A model generated the notes under the pieces. That model was given only the letters and a program-made list of their open reading frames with translations, had not been told where the DNA came from and searched no databases. From contig DAONFX010000001.1 of assembly GCA_035403825.1 (NCBI GenBank), positions 22,043 through 86,042 of the forward strand: a stretch of DNA of 64,000 nucleotides, written 5' to 3'. The first letter of the stretch is position 1; every line of letters begins with the position of its first letter. The DNA comes from Anaerolineaceae bacterium. GTDB lineage: Bacteria > Chloroflexota > Anaerolineae > Anaerolineales > Anaerolineaceae. Shown piece by piece: positions 1 through 9,674 of this stretch. Made by a program: the position numbers and the translations under genes.

Positions 1-153
1 TAAGGCGGTTGGATCAGCGGACAGCGGCGGGGTCTGGGTGGGGAAGGCTGTTTGGGCTGCTGCAGGGGGGGAGCTTGGGGCCGCGCAGGCGTTCAGAAGC
101 AGCGCCGCGCACAGGAAAACAAGTGCAACGGGTGTACAACAGTTTGTTTTCAT
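1..153 (-). CDS. N-terminal part of a putative lipoprotein (gene continues past the left edge)
   Basis: Own translation of the minus strand from ATG at 153: MKTNCCTPVALVFLCAALLLNACAAPSSP. This is a hydrophobic signal peptide ending in a lipobox-like LLNAC. Truncated, so absent from the ORF track. Confidence 0.35.
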   Translation of the reverse strand, partial: MKTNCCTPVALVFLCAALLLNACAAPSSPPAAAQTAFPTQTPPLSADPTAL

Positions 154-221
154 GCTGCGTTTATAACGGATAGAACAGCCTTTGTCAATTATGGCTGCCA
201 GCTTATCGCCTGAAAAAGCCA

Positions 222-380
222 GTGGGCTGTCCAAAAGTCGCACAGCCCTTTTTGATTTTCCATCCCGTGCCCGTTATATGATCGTTTGCGGATTTGCAAG
301 ATCAAAGCGAGGGAGAAACCAGGCAGTTTTTCCCACTTTGGTTTGTCCAAAAAAGAAAACCTGTTCTATTTGGACCGCGC
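222..380 (+). repeat. Family-1 intergenic repeat, copy 1
   Basis: Hairpin GGGCTGT-N11-ACAGCCC (224-248). Core blocks TTTTCCATCCC, GCCCGTT, TTTGCGGATTTGC, AACCAGGCAG, TTTTCCCACTTTG. 3' hairpin GTCCAAA..TTTGGAC (346-375). Aligns with the copies at 14572, 25727, 49868 and 63665. Confidence 0.75.
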
Positions 381-414
381 TGAGGGCTTCTTTCGTTTTA
401 TTCTGTGAATAAGC

Positions 415-1152
415 TCATTCGTATTGCTTAAGTACGGCTGGAATTGCGGCGCGGATGAGAGAAAGCGTTTTGCGGAAGGCAGCAAGCTTTTCGGCATCCG
501 TGCCTTGAACGACTGCCGGATCCTCAAAGCCTACATGGACGCGTTTTTCTTTCCCCAGCCAGAGCGGGCAGGTCTCGCGAGCGTTATCGCAGACTGTAAT
601 GACCAGGTCAAATTCCTGTCCTTTGAATCCCTCAACCGATTTGGGCTCGCCCTGATGGAAAATTCCGGCCTCTTCCAATACCTGGAGAGTGAAAGGATTG
701 ACTTCCAGCGCAGGCTTGGTCCCCGCGCTAAAGGCGACCCATTGATCCCAGCAGTCGTTGTTCACGACCGCTTCTGCCATTTGACTGCGGGCGGAATTGC
801 CGGTGCACAGGATCAGGACTCTTTTGCGCTGCTGAAGTTCATCTTCTTCAGGGACGGACTGAGGTCCGAGGGCTTTTTGGTCGGCATCCCCGCTGACGAG
901 GATTTCATTTTCGAATTCACCGGCTTCCATCTCCCGCAGGAGCTCGAGCGCGTTCTGTTCATCCTGCGCGCGGACCAACACCTCGGCTACACCGAGATCC
1001 CCGATGGTGAGTCCGTAAATTTTCCCGGCGGCTTCCTGGCTCACGCTGGCGGGGATGTCATGGGCTGCCAGGAAGCCCCTGATAATTTCACCGTCAACCA
1101 AGCCCTTGGCGCGGTACACTACGACCAAATCTGATAAACCATGTTCTGTCAT
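415..1152 (-). CDS. arsC: Arsenate reductase / LMW-PTP fold protein (thioredoxin-coupled ArsC type) with an extra N-terminal domain of about 100 aa, possibly DUF2007-like
   Basis: The C-terminal half has CTGNSARSQMAE and VCDNARETCP, the Cys10/Cys82/Cys89 pattern. Start moved from 1164 to ATG 1152, which overlaps the ndk stop as ATGA. Confidence 0.75.
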   Translation of the reverse strand: MTEHGLSDLVVVYRAKGLVDGEIIRGFLAAHDIPASVSQEAAGKIYGLTIGDLGVAEVLVRAQDEQNALELLREMEAGEFENEILVSGDADQKALGPQSVPEEDELQQRKRVLILCTGNSARSQMAEAVVNNDCWDQWVAFSAGTKPALEVNPFTLQVLEEAGIFHQGEPKSVEGFKGQEFDLVITVCDNARETCPLWLGKEKRVHVGFEDPAVVQGTDAEKLAAFRKTLSLIRAAIPAVLKQYE

Positions 1153-1598
1153 TCGTAAATCCATTTCTCAAGTTCGCGCGACCAGCGGACGAGCTCTTCC
1201 GGTCGGAACCACAGGGCAATCTCCGCCTCCGCGTTTTCGGGGGAATCTGAGGCGTGGGTAATATTATAACGGGCCTGGAGCGCGTAGTCGTGGCGGATGG
1301 AACCGGGCGCGGCTTCCGTTCCGCGCGTCTTGCCCATGGTCTGGCGAATGGCCGCAATCGCGTCCGGGCCTTCCCAGACCATCGCCATGACCGGCGAAGA
1401 GGTGATGAAGGTAATCAACGCGTCGTAAAAAGGCTTGCCCGCGTGAACGGCGTAATGCGCTTCGGCCAACTCCCGGTTCACCTGTAAAAAGCGGGCGGCC
1501 GTCAGACGCAAACCGCGGTCTTCCAGCGCGGTGATGACTTTGCCTATCAGACCGCGCTGCACGCCGTCCGGTTTAACCAATACCAGCGATCGTTCCAT
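1149..1598 (-). CDS. ndk: Nucleoside diphosphate kinase
   Basis: MERSLVLVKPDGVQRGLIG..., active-site NITHASDS, 149 aa. Confidence 0.95.
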   Translation of the reverse strand: MERSLVLVKPDGVQRGLIGKVITALEDRGLRLTAARFLQVNRELAEAHYAVHAGKPFYDALITFITSSPVMAMVWEGPDAIAAIRQTMGKTRGTEAAPGSIRHDYALQARYNITHASDSPENAEAEIALWFRPEELVRWSRELEKWIYE

Positions 1599-2526
1599 GT
1601 TCTTCTCCAGATGCGATTTTTAGTTTTTCAGCAGTTTCCAGCGCCTGCCTGGCCAGCCCGGGTTGATTAGCCGCGCTGCACAGTTCCGCGTAATACTGCC
1701 ACAACGGCAGACTCTCCGCGCGCAAGTCCAGGCGTGAGCGCAGCACCTGGAGGGCGCATGCGCGCGCGGCGGGGTCTGATTTCATATGCATGAGCATGGC
1801 CCCGGCTTCCTCAATCCTGCTCTCATCCAGCGCTTTTTCCAGCGAGAACGCCTGAGAATTTTCAAGAGCAGGATTGCCTGGCGGCGCAGATGTCTCTGCT
1901 GCAAGTCCGCCGCTGCCAGAAGGTTGTGGAACAATGTCTTCTGCCATCGCTGCCCCAACCTCTCCGGGAAGGTCTTCCTGCTCTGCAGCCGCAGTTTCCG
2001 GACGGCTTTCGATCCCTATTTCTCCCGCGTCTGGTTGCGCGGCGGTATCAAGATTGATTTCCTGCGCACCGGGTTCCGGAATGATTTCCACGGTCCAGCC
2101 ATTATCGGCTTCCGGCGCTTGCAATCCTGAAGCATGTGAGGGTATCACGGCTGCTTCTGGTTCGGGAGCTTCGTCCGGAAGCTGCAGAGGTATGGGCCGC
2201 GTATCTTCTTCCGGATTGGCCGGCGCAGCGGGTTTGGTTTCCTGCGCGGCGAAGCTTATCAACCAGGCAGGCAATTCATCGCCCGGGGTTGCGGCAGGGG
2301 GTGTTTGCGCTGGTACAATGCGGATTTGGACAGGCCTGGTGTTTTCCAACTCTGGCGCGGTCGCTGCCATTGGCTGCGCGCTGACGCCCAGGTTGGCTGG
2401 CTTGCTTTGCGCAATTCGTACCGGCCTGGTGGCTTCGCGCGGGTCGGGGGTGCTGATCTGCAGCGGTTGAGGGGAGCCGGTCGCTTTCGGTTCGGTGTGT
2501 TTGTTGGCAGGGTTTACGCTTTCCAT
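1573..2526 (-). CDS. Hypothetical Pro/Ala/Glu-rich protein with a helical (TPR-like) C-terminus
   Basis: ORF 1573-2562. Start moved to ATG 2526 because the track's TTG start lies inside the rpoD terminator hairpin. Low-complexity sequence with no recognisable motif. Confidence 0.45.
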   Translation of the reverse strand: MESVNPANKHTEPKATGSPQPLQISTPDPREATRPVRIAQSKPANLGVSAQPMAATAPELENTRPVQIRIVPAQTPPAATPGDELPAWLISFAAQETKPAAPANPEEDTRPIPLQLPDEAPEPEAAVIPSHASGLQAPEADNGWTVEIIPEPGAQEINLDTAAQPDAGEIGIESRPETAAAEQEDLPGEVGAAMAEDIVPQPSGSGGLAAETSAPPGNPALENSQAFSLEKALDESRIEEAGAMLMHMKSDPAARACALQVLRSRLDLRAESLPLWQYYAELCSAANQPGLARQALETAEKLKIASGEEHGTIAGIG

Positions 2527-2540
2527 CACAGCCGCCTGTT

Positions 2541-2573
2541 TAATAAACTGCAGCCAGAGCAAGCCGGCTGCAG
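2541..2573 (-). terminator. Hairpin plus U-rich tract after rpoD
   Basis: Minus strand reads CTGCAGCC-N10-GGCTGCAG followed by TTTATTAAA, directly after the rpoD stop at 2580-2582. Confidence 0.45.
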
Positions 2574-2579
2574 GTGTGT

Positions 2580-3782
2580 TTACTCTCCGAGGTAATCGCG
2601 CAGCTTACGGCGCACGCTGGGGTGGCGCAAACGGGTCAGCGCCTGGGCTTCGATTTGACGGACGCGCTCGCGGGTGACGCCCATCTTGCGGCCGACTTCT
2701 TCCAGTGTGTAAGCTTGCCCGTCCAGCAAACCGTAACGCAGCTGCAGGATGCGGACCTCGCGGGGAGGAAGGGTGTCAAGCACTTCGTCCAGATGCGCGC
2801 GCAGCAGGTTATAGGTGGCAGTGTCATCCGGTGGAGGAGCTTCGTCATCCTCGATGAAATCACCCAGCACCGAATCCTCTTCGTCATCGGTCGGGGTTTC
2901 CAGGGAAAGCGGCCGGCGGGCGACCTGGATCATGTTTTCAACCTTTTTCGGCGGCACTTCCAGGGCTTCTGCCAGTTCTTCCACGCTGGGGTCCCTGCCC
3001 AATTTTTGGGTTAACTGGTGCTGAACGCGCAGGAGCTTATTGATTTGATCGCCCATGTGGACCGGCACGCGGATGGTGCGTCCCTGATCGGCAATCGCGC
3101 GGGTGACCGCCTGGCGGATCCACCAGGTGGCGTACGTGCTGAATTTGTGACCGCGCTGGTATTCGAATTTCTTTGTCGCGCGGATTAGACCGATGTTGCC
3201 TTCCTGAATCAGGTCCAGGAATGGCACACCGCGTCCCATATATTTCTTCGCGACGCTGATGACCAGCCGGGAGTTGGCAGTGATGAGATGCTCGCGGGCG
3301 GCCCAACCGTCCTCAATCAGCGCGCGCAGTTCCAGACGCTTTTTGGGACCGATATTGCCCTTGGCCAGGTCTTCGCGTGCTGCGCGTCCGCGCTCGATGC
3401 GTTGGGCTAACTGCTGTTCTTCTTCGATATCATGCAGGAGAGGAACACGGCTGACTTCCTTCAGGTACAGCCCGATAGTATCGTCTGTGTCAATATTGGC
3501 GAGGTCATCCAGCGCGCTTTCCTCGCTGGCCACGTCCGAAAGTTCCGTCTCGCTGGGTTCATCCTGCGCTGAGGTTTCTTCCGTGTAGTTGATGCCCGCG
3601 CCAAGCAAGGCGGTATAAGCTTCTTCAAGTTGATCCAGGTCCTGCTCGGCATCCGGAAAAAACTGAAGGATGTCATCGTAGGTTACATAGGTCTTTTTTC
3701 TTCCGAAATCCAGGAGGCGTTCAAGCGCTGAGGATTCACGATCGTCGTCCAGAACTTGATTATCATTATTGATTCTTGCCAT
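2580..3782 (-). CDS. rpoD: Primary RNA polymerase sigma-70 factor
   Basis: [14 protein letters not shown] (region 2.4), [24 protein letters not shown] (region 4.2), acidic N-terminal region. Confidence 0.95.
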   Translation of the reverse strand: MARINNDNQVLDDDRESSALERLLDFGRKKTYVTYDDILQFFPDAEQDLDQLEEAYTALLGAGINYTEETSAQDEPSETELSDVASEESALDDLANIDTDDTIGLYLKEVSRVPLLHDIEEEQQLAQRIERGRAAREDLAKGNIGPKKRLELRALIEDGWAAREHLITANSRLVISVAKKYMGRGVPFLDLIQEGNIGLIRATKKFEYQRGHKFSTYATWWIRQAVTRAIADQGRTIRVPVHMGDQINKLLRVQHQLTQKLGRDPSVEELAEALEVPPKKVENMIQVARRPLSLETPTDDEEDSVLGDFIEDDEAPPPDDTATYNLLRAHLDEVLDTLPPREVRILQLRYGLLDGQAYTLEEVGRKMGVTRERVRQIEAQALTRLRHPSVRRKLRDYLGE

Positions 3783-4011
3783 TCAGTTATTGGTACCTTT
3801 TCTATACAAATTATCGCACTTAACCCATAGAGTACAATATTTCGGAGACAAATTCAAGTGTTTTCACAAGTTTTTCAAACCTTTGTTTTTTGCCAGCAAG
3901 TTGCTTATTATATCCTTTTAAGCCATATTTAAGAAGGTCTTTTCTTATACAATCCCGGATATTTGACCGCAGCGCTGGCAGCGATTAAAATCCGGTATTA
4001 GTCGCGAGGTA

Positions 4012-5238
4012 ATGTTGCTTCTGAAAAAGACCGCTCAATATTGGGTTCCTCTCCTGGTTGTGGCGCTCGCCGCCGGTCTGATTCTGCTTAATTTGCAGTT
4101 ATCAGAGCAATTTTTGTACCAGGACGAGCTCCTGCCGCGTTGGTCCGCGGCGCGGGGTTGGATGCGCGACGGGACTTCCCCGTATTCTGAACAGGCCTAC
4201 CAGGAAGCCCAGGCGCTTTACGATCAACTGGGCTACACAGCGCCGGCTTTCAGCCAGGGCAGGTTTATCGACCTGGTCTGGTATGTATTCCTCTACATCC
4301 CCTTCAGCTTTTTACCTTATCCCATCGCGCGGGCAATCTGGATGACTCTGACCACAGCCGCCATCTTTTTCAGCGCCTGGTTCGGGATTGACCTGGCTGG
4401 CGCGCGCATGCGCAGCCTGGAACGTGTGCTGCTTGCACTGTTAATCACCTGTTCTTACCCGTTTTTCAAGCTGATCCTATCCGCAAGCATCCTTCCGCTG
4501 TTTATTTTTGTTCTGCTGGCAGCCTGCCGCAGCGCGCTGGCTGGCAAAGGTACATCTGCCGGCGTGCTTTTGTTTCTGTGTGTCGGCATGCTGCCTGTCA
4601 GCTTGCTTCCGGCGGTTTTCCTGATCATCTGGCTGAATGCGCGCAAACAGACAGACGCGCTGCCTGTGTTCCTGGTCGGATTGGTATTTTTGGCGCTCAC
4701 ATCGTTGATTCTGTTTCCCGGGTGGATCCCGCAGTGGTTCACCAGCCTGATTGCGGCGCAGCCGCGCTTTGACTGGCTGGATACGCCACTGATGCGTCTG
4801 GCAGCCTTCTTCCCCGGCGCGGTAGTGCCCTTGGCGGCGGCGCTGCACGTACTGCTGCTGTTCGCGATGCTGGTTGAATGGTACGGGCTGGCGGAAAACG
4901 ATGAAAGGCGCTTTCGTTGGAAGCTGCTGCTCACGCTGACGCTGCTCAGTTTGTTCAACCCGGCCGGTTCCCCCGCGTTTTTAATCCTGGCCTGGCCTGG
5001 TTTTCTGATTTTTTACGATTTTCTTCAAGAGAAATGGAAGATTTCTGGTAAAATTATTTTTTGGACAATCCTTTTGCTTTTGCTCTACAGCAACTGGCAA
5101 GTATTCCTGCGCACTCAAAATTGGTCCTCCAAAGAGGCAACCTGGGTCATCACAGCCCTGCCCATTGCGGCATTGGTTTGTCTGGGATGGACCCGTTGGT
5201 GGGCGATGAGCAGCCCGAAACCTCTGCGCGACGCCTAG
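4012..5238 (+). CDS. Polytopic integral membrane protein. A GT-C/DUF2029-like glycosyltransferase is possible, but function is uncertain.
   Basis: 408 aa with about 10 hydrophobic segments. GAGG RBS before the ATG. No catalytic motif recognised. Confidence 0.65.
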   Translation: MLLLKKTAQYWVPLLVVALAAGLILLNLQLSEQFLYQDELLPRWSAARGWMRDGTSPYSEQAYQEAQALYDQLGYTAPAFSQGRFIDLVWYVFLYIPFSFLPYPIARAIWMTLTTAAIFFSAWFGIDLAGARMRSLERVLLALLITCSYPFFKLILSASILPLFIFVLLAACRSALAGKGTSAGVLLFLCVGMLPVSLLPAVFLIIWLNARKQTDALPVFLVGLVFLALTSLILFPGWIPQWFTSLIAAQPRFDWLDTPLMRLAAFFPGAVVPLAAALHVLLLFAMLVEWYGLAENDERRFRWKLLLTLTLLSLFNPAGSPAFLILAWPGFLIFYDFLQEKWKISGKIIFWTILLLLLYSNWQVFLRTQNWSSKEATWVITALPIAALVCLGWTRWWAMSSPKPLRDA

Positions 5239-5280
5239 CAGGTTCTTTCGCTTGGATATTCTTTATTTTGGAGGTAAATT

Positions 5281-6453
5281 ATGGCAAAAAAACGCATTGG
5301 GGTGATGACCGGGGGCGGTGACGTCCCTGGTTTAAACCTGGCAATAAAATCAGTAGTTCTGAACGCGGTCGAAAAAGATTACGAGGTCATCGGGATTCGC
5401 CTGGGATGGGGCGGCTTGCTGCGCTATAACCTGGACAACCCGGAAAGTACGGCAGACCTCATCAGACCATTGGATGTAAATTCAGTCCGCAAAGTGGACC
5501 GCACCGGCGGCACCTTCCTGCATACCTCCCGCACCAACCCTTCCAACGTGCGGCCGAAGGACACCCCGGAGTTCCTGCTGAACAGCGCTTACGGCAAGGT
5601 TGTGAAACCTGACGGGACAAAAGATTTCACGGATTACATTCTGAAGGTGCTGGATTATCACGGTCTCGACTCCCTCATTACCATCGGCGGCGATGATACC
5701 CTCAGCTACTCCGCCCACCTGTACCAGGAAGGTTTCCCGGTAGTCGCCATCCCTAAGACGATGGATAATGACGTCTACGGCACGGAATACTGCATCGGGT
5801 TTTCCACCTCAATCACTCAATCGGTTTCGCTGATTACAAACTTTCGCTCATCGGTCGGCTCGCACGAACGCATCGGGATTGTGGAACTCTTCGGACGAAA
5901 TTCCGGAGAGACCAGCCTGGTGACCGGTTACCTGAGTTTTGCGGATCGAACGATTATTTGTGAAGTGCCGTTCAACTTCCACAAGCTGGCAGACTTTTTG
6001 GTTGCGGACAAGAAGAAAAACCCATCGAACTACTCAATGTGCGTGATCTCAGAAGGAGCGGTTTCGGACGGCGGCGTGATCGTGGAAAGCGGCGAAGAAG
6101 ATGCCTATGGTCACAAGAAACTGGGCGGCATCGGCGAATTGGTCGGAGATCAGATCAATGCGCTCACAGGTCAGCATATCATGTTCCAGAAGCTGGCCTA
6201 TCTGGTGCGCAGCGGCCCGGCGGACATGCTGGACCGCATGGTGGCATTGAATTACGGAACCCTGGCAATGCAGTTGACCGCCAGGAAAGAATTTGGAAAG
6301 ATGGTCGCGATTAATAATGGCGTCTACACCACCGTTCCGATAGATTCTTCCATCCAGGGCAAACGCCATGTGGATGTGGATATGTATTACGACAAAGAGA
6401 ATTACCGCCCGCATATCCAGGATATTCATAACCTGCCAATGTTCCTCGTCTGA
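5281..6453 (+). CDS. pfp: 6-phosphofructokinase, predicted pyrophosphate-dependent
   Basis: MTGGGDVPGLN, IGGDDTLS (Asp where ATP-PFKs have GGDGS) and IPKTMDND (Lys where ATP-PFKs have PGT). GGAGG RBS. Confidence 0.8.
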   Translation: MAKKRIGVMTGGGDVPGLNLAIKSVVLNAVEKDYEVIGIRLGWGGLLRYNLDNPESTADLIRPLDVNSVRKVDRTGGTFLHTSRTNPSNVRPKDTPEFLLNSAYGKVVKPDGTKDFTDYILKVLDYHGLDSLITIGGDDTLSYSAHLYQEGFPVVAIPKTMDNDVYGTEYCIGFSTSITQSVSLITNFRSSVGSHERIGIVELFGRNSGETSLVTGYLSFADRTIICEVPFNFHKLADFLVADKKKNPSNYSMCVISEGAVSDGGVIVESGEEDAYGHKKLGGIGELVGDQINALTGQHIMFQKLAYLVRSGPADMLDRMVALNYGTLAMQLTARKEFGKMVAINNGVYTTVPIDSSIQGKRHVDVDMYYDKENYRPHIQDIHNLPMFLV

Positions 6454-6468
6454 GGAAACGGCGTTCTG

Positions 6469-6508
6469 ACAGCTCATAATACTGAAAAGTTTTATGAGCT
6501 GTTTTTTT
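6469..6508 (+). terminator. Rho-independent terminator after pfp
   Basis: ACAGCTCATAA-N12-TTATGAGCTGT (11-bp stem) followed by T6. Confidence 0.75.
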
Positions 6509-6518
6509 CAGGAGGATC

Positions 6519-7025
6519 ATGGGAATAGCAGCACAAGGCCTAAGCGCGGATCGCTACAAGGTTATCCCGAGGGTGCTTGTTTTCCCCTTCAACGTTGACG
6601 GGCTGGTTCTGCTTTTGCACGGCGCGGCGCACAAACGCATCTGGGCGGGTTTGTGGAACGGCATTGGCGGGCATGTGGAAGCCGGCGAAAGCGTGCTGGA
6701 CGCTGCCCGGCGCGAACTGTTGGAAGAAAGCGGATTGACGGCACAAAGCTGGACTTTTTGCGGCCAGGTTTTGGTGGACACCCGGGAAAAGACCGGAATT
6801 GCTTTCTCAGTGTTCCGGGCGGAAATGCTGGCGGGTGAACTGCTCGAGAGCGCGGAAGGCAGCTTGCGCTGGTTCAGCCTGGAGGAGCTCAGCCAGTTCC
6901 CGCTGGTGGAAGATGTGCCGGTTTTGGTGGGCAAAGCGGCGCGGACTTCGGCGGGCGGGCAGCCATTTTGGGGCGTGTACCGCTACGACGCGCGCGAAGA
7001 GTTGGTAATGTCGTTTTCAGCCTGA
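6519..7025 (+). CDS. NUDIX hydrolase
   Basis: Nudix box GIGGHVEAGESVLDAARRELLEESGL. AGGAGG RBS. Confidence 0.85.
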   Translation: MGIAAQGLSADRYKVIPRVLVFPFNVDGLVLLLHGAAHKRIWAGLWNGIGGHVEAGESVLDAARRELLEESGLTAQSWTFCGQVLVDTREKTGIAFSVFRAEMLAGELLESAEGSLRWFSLEELSQFPLVEDVPVLVGKAARTSAGGQPFWGVYRYDAREELVMSFSA

Positions 7026-7579
7026 TTGGGTTCGAAAAAGACCAGAAGTGTATCCCCGTACTTGCGCGAATCAAACTCCGTAAAATGCAGGTAGGCGCGC
7101 TCTTCCCATTCCACCGGGTTAATCTGGACGATGATTTGCCCGCCCCGGTTCAGGAATCCCGGCTGCTGGTCCAATAAATCCATGGCTTTCTGCCACATAC
7201 CCTTGTACTGCGGGGGCGCGATGTAAACCAGGTCAAAAGCGCTTGCTGGCGCCTGCGCGAGGAAAGTGAATGCGTCCTGATGCAGCACCTGCGCTTTCTC
7301 ACCCAAGCGCGTAGTGCGCAGGTTTTCCTGGATTACCCGTACGGCTTCCCGGCTTTTTTCCAGAAAGAGGGCTGTCTCTGCGCCGCGGCTGAGCGCTTCA
7401 ATCCCGACCGCACCGGTGCCGCCGAACAAATCGAGCACCTTGCTGCCTGAAATTTCATCGCCAAGAATGTTGAAAAGCGCTTCCTTCACTAAGTCGGTGA
7501 TGGGGCGGGTGGTATCCCCCGGTACAGTCTTCAGGCGCAGTCCTTTTGCGCTCCCGCCGATAACGCGCAGAGTTCCCAT
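6983..7579 (-). CDS. rsmD: 16S rRNA (guanine966-N2)-methyltransferase RsmD family
   Basis: VLDLFGGTGAVGIEALSRGA SAM motif and YIAPPQY (DPPY-like). The 3' end overlaps the convergent NUDIX gene by 43 bp. Confidence 0.8.
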   Translation of the reverse strand: MGTLRVIGGSAKGLRLKTVPGDTTRPITDLVKEALFNILGDEISGSKVLDLFGGTGAVGIEALSRGAETALFLEKSREAVRVIQENLRTTRLGEKAQVLHQDAFTFLAQAPASAFDLVYIAPPQYKGMWQKAMDLLDQQPGFLNRGGQIIVQINPVEWEERAYLHFTEFDSRKYGDTLLVFFEPNQAENDITNSSRAS

Positions 7580-8067
7580 CAGACCTGCGCTTTCTTGTTC
7601 CCGGACTGGGCGATGACAATGTCTCCGAAAGTCCAGTAGCGGTTGGCGAGGTAGTTCAGGATCAAGGTAAGGGGCAGGATAACCGCCAGGGCGAAGTTCC
7701 TGCTCAGCGCCTGAGGTGAGAGCCCGAAGAGTTGGATTTGGTTGTTACTGATCAATTGCCTGAACCAGCTGTCCACAGGCGGAATGGTAAGCGTGCGCAG
7801 CGCCAACCCGGCCGCGTTTATCAGCGCGAACTTTGAAAACTGACCAGCGAGAGACTTCTCTTGTGTTTCCGGGTAGACCCACAGGCGGTTGAACACGTAG
7901 CTGTTGATAACTGCCAGCAGAAATGAGAGCGCCTGGGCAAGCATCAGCGGCATGCGCAGCCAGCCGGAGAACAGGTTCATCAGCCCAAAGTCAATCAGCG
8001 TGTTCAGCGCGCCGACCATCAGAAACTTTCCGAAGCGCAAAGCCTCCGGAGTGGATTTTTTGGTCAT
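7579..8067 (-). CDS. GtrA-family membrane protein
   Basis: [22 protein letters not shown], four hydrophobic helices, about 160 aa. Confidence 0.75.
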   Translation of the reverse strand: MTKKSTPEALRFGKFLMVGALNTLIDFGLMNLFSGWLRMPLMLAQALSFLLAVINSYVFNRLWVYPETQEKSLAGQFSKFALINAAGLALRTLTIPPVDSWFRQLISNNQIQLFGLSPQALSRNFALAVILPLTLILNYLANRYWTFGDIVIAQSGNKKAQV

Positions 8068-9020
8068 GCCCGGTCTTTCTTCTGGAAGTAACGGATGGTT
8101 TCACGCAGACCGGTTTTTAAATCCACCTGGGGTTCCCATCCCAGAAGGGTTTTTGCGCGGGTAATATCCGGCCGGCGGCGCTGGGGGTCATCACCCAGAC
8201 CTTCCGCGAAGCGGGTTATCAGCCCGGCCGGGTTGCCGGTCAGTTCGTTAATCAGCAGTGCGAATTCGCGGATGCTGATTTCGTTCGGGTTGCCCAGGTT
8301 CACCGGTTCATGCTCTTCCGTGAGCATCAAGCGGTAGATGCCTTCCACCAGGTCGCTGACATAACAGAAACTGCGGGTTTGGGAGCCACTGCCGTAGATT
8401 GTGAGCGGTTCTCCGCGCAGTGCCTGCTGGATCAAATTCGGAACCACGCGCCCGTCATCCAGGCGCATGCGCGGTCCGAAGGTATTGAAAATCCGGACGA
8501 TGCGGGTATTCAGATTATGAAAGCGCATGTATGCCATGGTCAGGGCTTCCGCGAAGCGTTTGGCTTCGTCGTACACCGAGCGCGGGCCAATCGGATCACA
8601 GTTGCCCCAGTAGCTTTCTGTTTGGGGGTGCACTTGCGGGTTGCCATACACCTCGCTGGTGGAGGCCAACAGGTAACGGGCTTTGTGGGCTTTGGCGAGG
8701 CCGAGCGTGTTCAGCGTGCCCAGCGCGCCGGCTTTCAGCGTCTGGATGGGCAGGTTAGGATAGCCGAACGGTGAGGCTGGGTTCGGACTGGCGGGGGAGG
8801 CAAAGTGCAGGACAAAATCCAGGCTTTCGGGAATATCGATGAAGGTGGAGACGTCCTGACGGATTAATCGGAATCTGCCGGATTTTGAAAGGTGCGCGAT
8901 ATTGGCTTCGTCGCCGGTGATGAAGTTATCCAGGCCGATGACTTCGTGCCCTTCGCCGATAAGTCTGTCCGCCAAATGAGAGCCTAAAAAACCGGCAGCG
9001 CCGGTGAGTGCCACGCGCAT
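8064..9020 (-). CDS. NAD-dependent sugar-nucleotide epimerase/dehydratase, UDP-glucuronate decarboxylase-like
   Basis: [12 protein letters not shown] Rossmann motif, YDEAKR (YxxxK). Start set at MRVALTG (ATG 9020) with a GAAGGGA RBS. Overlaps the GtrA gene start by 4 nt (8064-8067). Confidence 0.8.
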   Translation of the reverse strand: MRVALTGAAGFLGSHLADRLIGEGHEVIGLDNFITGDEANIAHLSKSGRFRLIRQDVSTFIDIPESLDFVLHFASPASPNPASPFGYPNLPIQTLKAGALGTLNTLGLAKAHKARYLLASTSEVYGNPQVHPQTESYWGNCDPIGPRSVYDEAKRFAEALTMAYMRFHNLNTRIVRIFNTFGPRMRLDDGRVVPNLIQQALRGEPLTIYGSGSQTRSFCYVSDLVEGIYRLMLTEEHEPVNLGNPNEISIREFALLINELTGNPAGLITRFAEGLGDDPQRRRPDITRAKTLLGWEPQVDLKTGLRETIRYFQKKDRA

Positions 9021-9095
9021 GAGTGCATCCCTTCGGGGCTTCTTCCCCGAGATAAGTAGAGTATAATCACGTAACTTTCGTGAGAACATTATAGC

Positions 9096-9674
9096 ATGAG
9101 CACAGAAGTGGAAATCAGCCCCGAAACCAAGACCAATCTCAGCCGCCTGGAAGCGCTGCTGTTTGCCGCGCCAGGATTAAGCCCGGTGGAAGACCTGGCA
9201 AAGGCTTTGGAGATGAGCCCGGCGGAGCTCGAGCAGCTGGCAGCGACCCTGGAGCAGCATTATGAGGAAAGCCACGGAATCCGCCTGCAGAAGATTCGGA
9301 ACCAGTACCAGTTGGTCACCGCGGCGGAACACGCGCAGCTCATCGAGCAATTCCTGGGCTTGGAGGTCAGCTCACGCCTTTCCCAGCCGGCGCTGGAAGT
9401 GCTGGCGATTATTGCTTACCAACTGGCTTCCACGCGGCCTGAAATCGAAGCCATCCGCGGCGTAAACAGCGATACGGTGGTGAAGAGCCTGCTCGCGAAG
9501 GGGCTGATTGAGGAAAAGGGAAGGTCTGAAGCTCCCGGGCGGCCGATTTTGTACGCGGTAGCGCCGGACTTCCTGCTGCATTTTGGTCTGGAATCGTTGG
9601 AACAGCTGCCTGAAATGGATATTGACGCCTTGAAAGCGGCTCAACCGCAGGAACAAAGGATATTAAAAGACTAA
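9096..9674 (+). CDS. scpB: Segregation and condensation protein B
   Basis: [21 protein letters not shown]..., EVLAIIAYQ..., typical ScpB length. Confidence 0.85.
   Translation: MSTEVEISPETKTNLSRLEALLFAAPGLSPVEDLAKALEMSPAELEQLAATLEQHYEESHGIRLQKIRNQYQLVTAAEHAQLIEQFLGLEVSSRLSQPALEVLAIIAYQLASTRPEIEAIRGVNSDTVVKSLLAKGLIEEKGRSEAPGRPILYAVAPDFLLHFGLESLEQLPEMDIDALKAAQPQEQRILKD

Noticed and set aside
182-412. Small ORFs inside family-1 repeats that share peptide-like strings (FPLxARF...). They are 182-412, 25756-25941, the start of 13949-14701, and the end of 63432-63827.
   Set aside because: The similarity is at the DNA level. Indels between copies put the conserved blocks (for example CCTGAACCAGGCA) in different reading frames, and no copy has a convincing RBS.
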